A stretch of 24,283 nt of DNA, from positions 1 through 24,283 of IMG/VR virus record IMGVR_UViG_3300035670_001209. One strand, written 5' to 3'. Origin of the DNA: a virus (taxonomy: Duplodnaviria > Caudoviricetes). The position numbers were made by a program, and so were the translations under genes. This document shows, piece by piece, positions 5,212 to 12,840 of the stretch. Below the pieces are notes generated by a model. That model did no database searches. It was not told the DNA's origin and saw only the letters and a list, made by a program, of their open reading frames with translations. How positions within the stretch are numbered: position 1 is the first letter of the stretch; each line of letters begins with the position of its first letter.

Positions 5212-5820
5212 ATGAAGAAGTTAATTAGCGTATCTATGCTTGCTATGGTAGCAAGCTTGATTTCTTTTGTGCCTGCAAATGCTGAAGACTGCAGCCCCCA
5301 AAATCCATGTATGACTTATGCAGAAGTAGATGCAAATGGCAATGTCGTAAATGCTATTGTTTGTCAGCCTTCGGTGTGTGATGCTATGTGGGGAGGTAAA
5401 AACCCAAACAATGGAAATAAATTAGTTCCACAACTTGCTGCAGATTCTAATGGAAACAACAGAGGCGGGTATAACTCAGGTCCAGAAGTTTCAGTTACTG
5501 AATCTCAAGGAACATTTACAGTTGCAGATAGCAGAGATAATAGTGTAAAGACTATACAAAAGCCAGACATTCAGACAGATGTTTCTGCAACTACTACTCC
5601 TGTTACTAAGTCAGATGGCACTGCATCACAAAAAGCGACAGTTAATGCTTATAAGAATGATGTTTCTGTAGAAAAATCATTTGAAGAACAGGTTACAGAA
5701 GAACAGTTTGAGATTAGCATGAAGAGCCCATTTGATTGGGACTTTTCTCAACTTAATCTTATCTTTAGTGTTTTTGACATTTGGTTAGAAATGCTTGAAG
5801 ATTGGTTTTTAAATCAGTAA
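5212..5820 (+). CDS. secreted protein of unknown function
   Basis: Sec signal peptide MKKLISVSMLAMVASLISFVPANA, four Cys in N-terminal domain, AAGGAG SD. Confidence 0.75.
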   Translation: MKKLISVSMLAMVASLISFVPANAEDCSPQNPCMTYAEVDANGNVVNAIVCQPSVCDAMWGGKNPNNGNKLVPQLAADSNGNNRGGYNSGPEVSVTESQGTFTVADSRDNSVKTIQKPDIQTDVSATTTPVTKSDGTASQKATVNAYKNDVSVEKSFEEQVTEEQFEISMKSPFDWDFSQLNLIFSVFDIWLEMLEDWFLNQ

Positions 5821-5830
5821 TATTGATTTA

Positions 5831-5903
5831 TGGACATTAGCTCAGCAGGCAGAGCGGGAAGCTGTTAACTTCTAGGTCCCAGGTTCGAATCCTGGATGTC
5901 CAG
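5831..5903 (+). tRNA. tRNA-Asn(GTT)
   Basis: cloverleaf: TGGACAT/ATGTCCA acceptor, GGAAG-CT GTT AA-CTTCT, TTCGAAT T-loop. Confidence 0.95.
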
Positions 5904-5904
5904 C

Positions 5905-5976
<72 letters not shown>

Positions 5977-5981
5977 CTCAG

Positions 5982-6055
5982 GCGGAAATAGCTTAGTTGG
6001 TTAGAGCCCCGAACTCATAATTCGGTAGTCGTAGGTTCGAGTCCTACTTTCCGCA
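5982..6055 (+). tRNA. tRNA with CAT anticodon (elongator Met or Ile2; not initiator)
   Basis: GCGGAAA/TTTCCGC acceptor (1-72 paired), CCGAA-CT CAT AA-TTCGG lacks initiator GGG/CCC. Confidence 0.9.
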
Positions 6056-6058
6056 CAA

Positions 6059-6550
6059 TTACAATATATCCGTAAAATAAGTACCGTTAATATAAATTTT
6101 TGAAATTGTAGTTAAAGTGTATGGGCTTGTTCCAGTAAAGACGTATTCTCTAACTGGCTTTGGTGTTGGAGTATCTCCACCTAGCCAATGTAGATCTAGC
6201 GTTTGAGACCCTGGAAGATGATCGACATTGAGAATAATATGATTTGCTAGATCTGGATCTCCACCCGAAGGGTCATACCATACCCAACCTGGAAAATGAT
6301 TTGATGTTCCAACATGGGGCGGGAACGGAAGATCTACCTTAAACTGTCCAGTTCCAAAATTCGTAACAGTAGTCATCTCCAGCAATATCCAGAATGATAC
6401 TAAATATCCATCTTTGACGTAATACGAATTATAGGCGGGGTGGGAAGAACCTGTTCCAGTAAATACTAATCCAGTAGCAGAAAATGTAGGTGTATATCTT
6501 ATAGGTGGTAAATATTGAGCATTATTAAATCCTACTGAATTAGATAGCAC
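6059..6550 (-). CDS. hypothetical protein, beta-rich, tail-fibre-tip-like
   Basis: YTPTFSA...YYVKDGYLV...GTGQFKVDLPF pattern resembles phage fibre C-terminal domains. Confidence 0.55.
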   Translation of the reverse strand: MLSNSVGFNNAQYLPPIRYTPTFSATGLVFTGTGSSHPAYNSYYVKDGYLVSFWILLEMTTVTNFGTGQFKVDLPFPPHVGTSNHFPGWVWYDPSGGDPDLANHIILNVDHLPGSQTLDLHWLGGDTPTPKPVREYVFTGTSPYTLTTISKIYINGTYFTDIL

Positions 6551-6818
6551 GTTCTATTACCATTACTGCCGCCGACATTGAATTTGCAGAAGATACTGCA
6601 TATAAATGTTCATAAGCAGATACTTCGATAGTAAATCCCTGACCTGGATACAATTTAAAGCCATAGTTGCTAGAAGATACGGCAGATGTGCCAAGATAAA
6701 CAAATCCTGAATCATTGGTATTCTGCACAACTAAAGTATTGGCCGATTGAACCGTATCTACAATTGTTAGCTCTGTTGGCGTTGATGTATTTAGAGACAC
6801 GTTGCGAGTTCTGATCAT
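6540..6818 (-). CDS. hypothetical small beta-rich phage protein
   Basis: start reassigned to MIRTRN (6818), 6 nt after TATAAT (6825-6830); LVVQNT...VYLG...YGFKL motif. Confidence 0.7.
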   Translation of the reverse strand: MIRTRNVSLNTSTPTELTIVDTVQSANTLVVQNTNDSGFVYLGTSAVSSSNYGFKLYPGQGFTIEVSAYEHLYAVSSANSMSAAVMVIERAI

Positions 6819-6836
6819 ATAGATATTATACCTCTC

Positions 6837-6935
6837 ATAAAGGACAAATCCCAATCGGAGGCGGATCCAATTGGGACTTGCTACGCCGAAGCGTATGCAC
6901 GAGGAGCAAACGGTGGGATGCTACGACCCGTGCAA
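6837..6935 (-). ncRNA. candidate structured small RNA (three hairpins)
   Basis: own promoter TTGACT-N17-GATACT (6969-6941); three abutting stems, cUUCGg tetraloop, G-U pairs only on minus strand, final stem followed by CCUUUUAU. Confidence 0.7.
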
Positions 6936-6977
6936 ATCTAAGTATCACATATCTTAAATTTTAAGTCAACTACTTTT

Positions 6978-7256
6978 TTATTCCCAGGAACTACCCTTCA
7001 TCCTATTTTCTAAATATTTCTCATCCCCCGTCAAATCGAATAGAAGGGTCATTAGACGGTTGCAGTCCTCATGCTTCCAGTAGAAGTAGCACTTGCTGTC
7101 TTTGACGCCGTGGCAATTTCCTAGCTGTTTTTCGAGGTATTCTACAATCCACCTAAGACCTCCATGTGCCATAGCGACATCATCATAAAAATTTTGAAAT
7201 TCTAAACGTGCTGAGTTCATATATCGAGTAATTTGATCGATATATATTTTATTCAT
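6978..7256 (-). CDS. hypothetical phage protein
   Basis: 92-aa ORF in tightly overlapping minus-strand operon. Confidence 0.7.
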   Translation of the reverse strand: MNKIYIDQITRYMNSARLEFQNFYDDVAMAHGGLRWIVEYLEKQLGNCHGVKDSKCYFYWKHEDCNRLMTLLFDLTGDEKYLENRMKGSSWE

Positions 7257-7473
7257 TCCATTTACCTAGAGGACAAAAAGCATCTTGCATTTTTGCTTTT
7301 GTGGGCATATGGCATCCACATTCTTTGCATACTCTTAACTTTTTTATAAAAGAGTCACATGCTTTACAGGCAAGAATCCTTTTTTCATATTGATCTTGCT
7401 GGACCCAAACAGTATTTGGATTAAATATTTGCCAAGGTCTTACTGGCTCTCTATCTTCTCTTCCGTCTCCCAC
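7249..7473 (-). CDS. small Cys-rich metal-binding protein
   Basis: CKAC...CKECGC...CPLGKW; start uncertain. Confidence 0.75.
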   Translation of the reverse strand: MGDGREDREPVRPWQIFNPNTVWVQQDQYEKRILACKACDSFIKKLRVCKECGCHMPTKAKMQDAFCPLGKWNE

Positions 7474-7685
7474 TGTTCCTCCTGAGAATCTTCTTGCGGG
7501 GTATAAGATGGGGCTGGGCCCAACAAATACCCTTCGCTGTGATATTTTATCATTTTTTCAACTTCTTCTGATCCAACTAATTTACTGGCAAGAATGGTCA
7601 TAACATCGTAAATACGATGTAGCATTATGTAATTAACCATATCTATGTTTTCTGCTAAATCTTTTTTTTCTTCTCTTTCAATCAT
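7440..7685 (-). CDS. hypothetical phage protein
   Basis: 81-aa ORF, AGGAAG SD. Confidence 0.75.
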   Translation of the reverse strand: MIEREEKKDLAENIDMVNYIMLHRIYDVMTILASKLVGSEEVEKMIKYHSEGYLLGPAPSYTPQEDSQEEQWETEEKIESQ

Positions 7686-7753
7686 TTTTTCTTCCTATAT
7701 CTTCCCAGAATTTTTCACGACCCATTTGGTCTGTTTCTTTTATTACTCCGCCG

Positions 7754-7960
7754 TCAGTTTCCTCTGATGACTTTTTCCATTCGTCCATACAGTTCTAATC
7801 CTATCTCTTTCTTATAATCACATGAAAGGCAGTATAGGTAAATTTTATCATCAATTGATTGATTAGGCATCAAAAGGCCTTGGTCTAATGGACAATCCAT
7901 TTTCGACACAAGGCCCTGTGATGCAAGGTCTAAATATTTGGACACAATCTGTATCCGCAA
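7754..7960 (-). CDS. small zinc-ribbon-like protein
   Basis: CPLD...CLSC; TTG start after AGGAG SD. Confidence 0.7.
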   Translation of the reverse strand: MRIQIVSKYLDLASQGLVSKMDCPLDQGLLMPNQSIDDKIYLYCLSCDYKKEIGLELYGRMEKVIRGN

Positions 7961-7972
7961 TTTATCTCCTAA

Positions 7973-8560
7973 CTACTTTGGAAATTGAGTAGCCAACTTC
8001 TTAGCTTTGCTAATTGAGTTTGGCCAGGATGACCAATCAATTCCGCCTTTAGTCATGTAATACGTTATCTCTGCGTTAATTACTGGATCAAACAGTAGTA
8101 CGTTTGATCTCAGTTCGAATTTCTCTCTACGATCATCGCCAAGGTTTCCCAGCATATTGATCTGAAAAATTCCGTAGGAACTGTCTCCAGTATTCCTGTT
8201 ACCGTTGTATGCCATTGGGCGCCCATTGGACTCCGCCTTGGCAATACCCCAAGCCATTTTAAGAGCTTGTCCTTCAAATCCTACAGCTTTGAGTAGTTGC
8301 AGCAACTCTTTATCTGTAAGCATTTCTGAAGGTTTGTATACAGTGTTGCTGAATTTTTCCAGCGTTTCTTTCTTCAGTTGTTTTGCTTGTAACTTTTGTT
8401 CTTGAGGAGACACAACCAGATACTGCGCCTTAACCTCTTGAACAAGAGCTTCAGCTGGCTGCATTGTTTCAGGCTGGACTCCGAACAGGAATAATGTTAT
8501 CATTCCTACAACGGTCCAACCGTGAGCAACTTCGCTCAGCTTTTGTTTGATATTCTCCAT
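7973..8560 (-). CDS. membrane-anchored lytic transglycosylase (SLT/lysozyme-like)
   Basis: IAKAES catalytic Glu motif, SYGIFQIN, LFDP..NA, W..W; N-terminal hydrophobic segment; AAAGGAGG SD. Confidence 0.85.
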   Translation of the reverse strand: MENIKQKLSEVAHGWTVVGMITLFLFGVQPETMQPAEALVQEVKAQYLVVSPQEQKLQAKQLKKETLEKFSNTVYKPSEMLTDKELLQLLKAVGFEGQALKMAWGIAKAESNGRPMAYNGNRNTGDSSYGIFQINMLGNLGDDRREKFELRSNVLLFDPVINAEITYYMTKGGIDWSSWPNSISKAKKLATQFPK

Positions 8561-8593
8561 CGGGGTTTCCTCCTTTAGAGATAACGAACTACT

Positions 8594-8623
8594 ATAGTAT
8601 CATTGTTTGACAAAAGGTGTCAA
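8594..8623 (-). promoter_or_regulatory. promoter for SLT operon
   Basis: TTGACA-N18-TACTAT with TG extension; part of TTGACA-N5-TGTCAA inverted repeat. Confidence 0.55.
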
Positions 8624-8644
8624 GCTAGTTGACCAGAAAATATT

Positions 8645-9634
8645 ATGCTAATTTCATTTTCAACTCCAATAATTAACATGAAAACTAATAATGGCTATGG
8701 TCATGCTGGAACAAAAATAGTAGATTCATTAAAAGAATTAGGACATTCGGTAGGATTTCAATCTCCAAAAACTCCAGTCCAATTAAATTTTTCACAACCA
8801 GATTATTTTAAATTACATAGAAATCAATATCAAATAAGTTATACTCCTTGGGAATCAACTATAGTGCCAGAAAGATGGCGTGAATCACTAAGTTTGATTG
8901 ATGAAATATGGACAACTTCGGATTGGTGTGCAAATGTTTTTGAAGACAATGGATACAAGGATGTTCGTGTTTTCCCGCATGGAATTGATCCTATTTGGTC
9001 GCCCCGCCGCCGCCGTGAAGGTGATGTTATAAAGTTTTTGCATGTCGGCGAGCCAGCGCCACGGAAGGCGGGCCAAATGGTGGTTGACGCTTTTACAAAT
9101 CTTTTTGGCAATGATCCGAGATATTCTTTAACACTTAAAGTATATAAACATAATACTACTAGAATATATAATAATTATATAGATAAGAATATATTAGGTT
9201 TACCAAATGTCTTATATAATAATATATATATAATAGATAAAGATATGACTACTGAAGAATTAGTCAAATTGTATCATGATCATGATGTATTGGTCTATCC
9301 TTCATATGGAGAAGGATTTGGATTTATTCCATTACAAGCATTAGCTACAGGTATGCCAACAATTTGCACAAGTGGTTGGGCACATTATGAAAATTATCTT
9401 GGGCCATTAAAGTTAAACTCAGAATTGATAGATTCTCCTTGGCCATTTCCACATGAAGGAAAAGTCTTCGAACCAAACTATCAACATTTACTTGAACTTA
9501 TGAGAGATGTATCAATTAACTTTAAAGCTTATTCTGGATACTATTACGCTCAGTCAACTAAAATTCATGAAGATTACAATTGGTTACAGTTGACCAATAA
9601 TGCCTTTGATCATATATTCAAAAAGTTTTCTTAA
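8645..9634 (+). CDS. GT4-family (GT-B) glycosyltransferase
   Basis: NGYG N-terminal motif, RKAG, YPSYGEGFGFIPLQALATGMPTICT. Confidence 0.9.
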   Translation: MLISFSTPIINMKTNNGYGHAGTKIVDSLKELGHSVGFQSPKTPVQLNFSQPDYFKLHRNQYQISYTPWESTIVPERWRESLSLIDEIWTTSDWCANVFEDNGYKDVRVFPHGIDPIWSPRRRREGDVIKFLHVGEPAPRKAGQMVVDAFTNLFGNDPRYSLTLKVYKHNTTRIYNNYIDKNILGLPNVLYNNIYIIDKDMTTEELVKLYHDHDVLVYPSYGEGFGFIPLQALATGMPTICTSGWAHYENYLGPLKLNSELIDSPWPFPHEGKVFEPNYQHLLELMRDVSINFKAYSGYYYAQSTKIHEDYNWLQLTNNAFDHIFKKFS

Positions 9635-9719
9635 CCCCTTCCCCTCAGGAATAAAGTTTGCTAGAATTAGACTCTATCTAATTTTTAAATTTAACCGCAA
9701 GGCGGAGAAAAGGTGCTAT

Positions 9720-11654
9720 ATGTCAAGAGTTATTGAAAATCCATACGAGAATTTTATTGCGTTATCCAGATACGCAAGATGGATGCCAGATGAGAATCGT
9801 CGTGAAACATGGGGAGAAACCGTAGATCGGTACTTCAATTTCATGATTGATCATCTGATCAGTAACTATAACTACACCCCAGACAAAAAACTTGTAGATG
9901 AACTAAAAGATGCTGTATATAATCGAAATGTAATGCCTTCAATGCGAGCAGTAATGACTGCAGGTGCTGCTCTTGACAGAGATCATGTTGCAGGATATAA
10001 CTGCTCATTTGTTCCAGTAGATAATCCAAGATCATTTGATGAAACAATGTATATCTTGATGTGTGGAACTGGTGTTGGATTTTCTGTTGAATATAAGTAT
10101 GTTAACAAACTTCCTGCCGTCCCAGAGTCATTTGAAAAGTCTACAACTGTGATTGTAGTTGAAGATTCAAAGACTGGATGGGCAAAAGCATATCGTGAAC
10201 TTCTTGCAATGCTTTGGGCGGGACAGATTCCAGCAATTGATGTATCAAAGCTTCGTCCAGCAGGTGCACGTTTAAAAACAATGGGAGGTCGTTCATCAGG
10301 CCCTCAGCCATTAATTAATCTTTTTGATTTTACAATTGCAAAGTTTAAATTAGCAGCAGGCCGTCAATTGAAACCTATTGAAGCACATGATATTATGTGT
10401 AAGATTGGTGAAGTTGTCGTAGTTGGCGGAGTTCGCCGCTCTGCCATGATTTCGCTTTCCAATATTAACGATATTGAAATGGCGGCAGCAAAGTCAGGCA
10501 ACTGGTGGGAGAATAACTCTCAAAGGGCTTTGTCAAATAATTCAGTAGCATATTCTCGCAAACCAGAAATGGAGCAGTTTATTGCGGAATGGAAAAACCT
10601 CTATGATTCTAAGTCGGGAGAACGAGGCATATACAATGTGGCTGCTGCTCAAAAGCAGGCAGCAAGATGGGGACGTAGAGACCCTGAAATCCATTACGGA
10701 ACCAACCCATGCTCAGAAATCATTCTTAGACCTTATCAGTTTTGCAACCTTTCTGAAGTTGTAATTCGTGAGAATGATACTCTTAAGGATGTTGAGAACA
10801 AGGTAAAGTTAGCAACAGTTCTTGGTACTTGGCAATCTACTCTTACAGATTTTAAGTATCTTCGTAAGATTTGGAAAGACAATACCGAAGAAGAAAGACT
10901 GCTTGGAGTTTCTATTACTGGACAATTTGGCCATAAGTTTATGTCAGGCAAAGAAGGTCTAGATAAACTCGGTGAATTCCTAAACAAAGCAAGAGAGATT
11001 GCTAGAGATACAAATGTTAAGGAATCAAGCAATATCGGAATCAATGAATCTGCTGCAATCACCTGCGTTAAGCCATCAGGAACTGTTTCACAGTTAACTG
11101 GCGTATCTTCAGGGATGCATGCATGGCATTCTCCATATTATATCCGAACAGTTCGTGGAGATAAAAAAGACCCCCTATCAACATTTTTAAAAGAGGTCGG
11201 AATACCATATGAGGATGACTTTATGAAACCAAATGATACCTATGTATTCTCATTCCCAGTAAAAGCACCAGAAGGCGCTATTGTTCGTGACGATCTTACA
11301 GCTATTGATCATCTTAATACATGGCTTGTATATCAGCGTGAATGGTGTGAGCACAAGCCATCTATTACGGTATCTGTAAAAGAAGATGAGTGGATGGAAG
11401 TTGGTGCTTGGGTATACAAGCACTTTGACGAAGTTTCAGGTATTTCATTCCTGCCACACTCGGATCATTCTTATAAGCAGGCTCCGTATCAGGAAGTTAC
11501 AGAAACAGAATACTTAGAGCTTCTTGCTAAGATGCCTTCGTCAATTCGTTGGGAAGATTTGTCTTTCTACGAAACAGAAGACGGAACAAGTGGAACCCAA
11601 ACTCTCGCATGTACTTCAGATGGCAATTGTGAGATTGTAGACATTTCCGCCTAA
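9720..11654 (+). CDS. nrdJ: class II (adenosylcobalamin-dependent) ribonucleotide reductase
   Basis: start reassigned to MSRVIENPY; YNCSF, TNPCSEI active site, TCVKPSGTVSQL, C-terminal Cys pair ACTSDGNC; no beta subunit gene adjacent. Confidence 0.92.
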   Translation: MSRVIENPYENFIALSRYARWMPDENRRETWGETVDRYFNFMIDHLISNYNYTPDKKLVDELKDAVYNRNVMPSMRAVMTAGAALDRDHVAGYNCSFVPVDNPRSFDETMYILMCGTGVGFSVEYKYVNKLPAVPESFEKSTTVIVVEDSKTGWAKAYRELLAMLWAGQIPAIDVSKLRPAGARLKTMGGRSSGPQPLINLFDFTIAKFKLAAGRQLKPIEAHDIMCKIGEVVVVGGVRRSAMISLSNINDIEMAAAKSGNWWENNSQRALSNNSVAYSRKPEMEQFIAEWKNLYDSKSGERGIYNVAAAQKQAARWGRRDPEIHYGTNPCSEIILRPYQFCNLSEVVIRENDTLKDVENKVKLATVLGTWQSTLTDFKYLRKIWKDNTEEERLLGVSITGQFGHKFMSGKEGLDKLGEFLNKAREIARDTNVKESSNIGINESAAITCVKPSGTVSQLTGVSSGMHAWHSPYYIRTVRGDKKDPLSTFLKEVGIPYEDDFMKPNDTYVFSFPVKAPEGAIVRDDLTAIDHLNTWLVYQREWCEHKPSITVSVKEDEWMEVGAWVYKHFDEVSGISFLPHSDHSYKQAPYQEVTETEYLELLAKMPSSIRWEDLSFYETEDGTSGTQTLACTSDGNCEIVDISA

Positions 11655-11723
11655 TAGGCGTATAATAGAATTAGGGGCAACCCTAAAATTCCTGGGCGCA
11701 GGGCCCAGAAATAGGAGGATCTT

Positions 11724-11954
11724 ATGAATCAAGATCTTAACAATGATGGAAAGGTAACAATGCAGGAGAAAATTCTAGCAGCGTTAGCAAGCTATGGCCG
11801 CCATTTCCTAGGCGCAGCCATTGCTCTTTACATGACTGGAAATACTGACCCAGGAGATTTAATTAAGGGTGGTATAGCAGCATGCTTGCCAGTTATTCTA
11901 AAGGCTCTAAATCCAAACGAAAACAGCTTTGGGTTTACAAAACCAGCCGCATAA
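11724..11954 (+). CDS. putative holin-like membrane protein
   Basis: 76 aa, two hydrophobic segments, LPVILKALNPN..SFG C-terminus; AGGAGG SD. Confidence 0.6.
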   Translation: MNQDLNNDGKVTMQEKILAALASYGRHFLGAAIALYMTGNTDPGDLIKGGIAACLPVILKALNPNENSFGFTKPAA

Positions 11955-11967
11955 TTTAATAAGCAGT

Positions 11968-12009
11968 TAGGACAACTCCTATGCTAAAATGGGCATAGGA
12001 GTTTTCCTA
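11968..12009 (+). terminator. 17-bp inverted repeat; terminator overlapping a -10 element
   Basis: TAGGACAACTCCTATGC-taaaatgg-GCATAGGAGTTTTCCTA (1 mismatch). Confidence 0.6.
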
Positions 12010-12028
12010 TTTAGGAGATTTTCAGCAA

Positions 12029-12376
12029 ATGGCAGTACAAAAAAATTGGGAAGTAGATCAAAATACTACTTTCACATTTGAAGTAGAGTATAAAGACCCC
12101 AACGATGACCCCATCGATTTAAGTGGTGCGTCCGCAAAACTACAGGTAAGAGATACTAAGGGTGGATCAAAATTAGCCTTTACTCTAACCTCTCCATCTG
12201 GTGGAATTACAATAGATGCTCCTAACGGTAAGCTGACCGTTAGAATGACACCAACTCAAACAAACAAATTGTTTTATCCAAAGTCTTCTTACGATTTAAT
12301 GCTTACCGATTCTAATGCAGTTAAGACAAAACTCATAGAGGGTTTCCTTACTCTTAGTAGATCGGTGACTATTTAA
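12029..12376 (+). CDS. virion structural protein, BppU-N/Ig-like
   Basis: DQNTTF...PIDLSGASAKLQVR...YDL...KLIEG pattern; start of tail cluster. Confidence 0.7.
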   Translation: MAVQKNWEVDQNTTFTFEVEYKDPNDDPIDLSGASAKLQVRDTKGGSKLAFTLTSPSGGITIDAPNGKLTVRMTPTQTNKLFYPKSSYDLMLTDSNAVKTKLIEGFLTLSRSVTI

Positions 12377-12831
12377 TGGCAGAAAATAAAGTAGTAGTTA
12401 ATGAGACAGTAAATCAATTAAAAATATCAACCCCAGGACCACAAGGACCAAGGGGTAGAACAATTTTAAATGGTTCAGGTGCTCCAGCAAACAATTTAGG
12501 TCTTGAAGGAGACTTTTATTACAATACTATTACTACAGATTTTTATGGACCTAAACTGTCAGACTCTACTTGGTCTGGTGCAAGTGTCATTAAGTTTGTA
12601 CAAGAGGGCTCAGATTATGCCTTTTCTTCTTCTTGGGAGATAGGACAAGTAACTGGGCCAGTAGAGGGAATATACTCAGTAGCAATAACACATAATTTAG
12701 GCTTCTATCCAAATGTTACTGTTAAAACAAGCGGGGGAGATATATTGGAAACAGGCATAGATTATAATAATACAAATCAAATAACACTGACTATGGCACA
12801 ACCATTTTCAGGGACAGCGTACCTGTCGTAA
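12376..12831 (+). CDS. tail-associated structural protein
   Basis: short collagen-like PGPQGPRG, GSGAP...GDFYYNT, C-terminal ITHNLG domain. Confidence 0.7.
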   Translation: MAENKVVVNETVNQLKISTPGPQGPRGRTILNGSGAPANNLGLEGDFYYNTITTDFYGPKLSDSTWSGASVIKFVQEGSDYAFSSSWEIGQVTGPVEGIYSVAITHNLGFYPNVTVKTSGGDILETGIDYNNTNQITLTMAQPFSGTAYLS

Positions 12832-12840
12832 GGAGAAAAA

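Noticed and set aside
7678-7770. Possible small minus-strand ORF ending ...ETDQMGREKFWEDIGRKND
   Set aside because: It fills the gap neatly, but only a 15-codon ATG-started frame is evident and no confident start or SD was found
9600-9719. N-terminal extension of nrdJ, or a cobalamin riboswitch/NrdR box in its leader
   Set aside because: Extension overlaps the GT4 gene and is not RNR-like; the leader is too short for a B12 riboswitch, shows only a small CCGC/GCGG hairpin and has no recognisable NrdR box
8205-11062. Short ORFs 8205..8405, 8839..9111, 8888..9076, 9859..10047, 10582..10764, 10736..11062
   Set aside because: Nested in or antisense to well-supported SLT, GT4 and nrdJ genes
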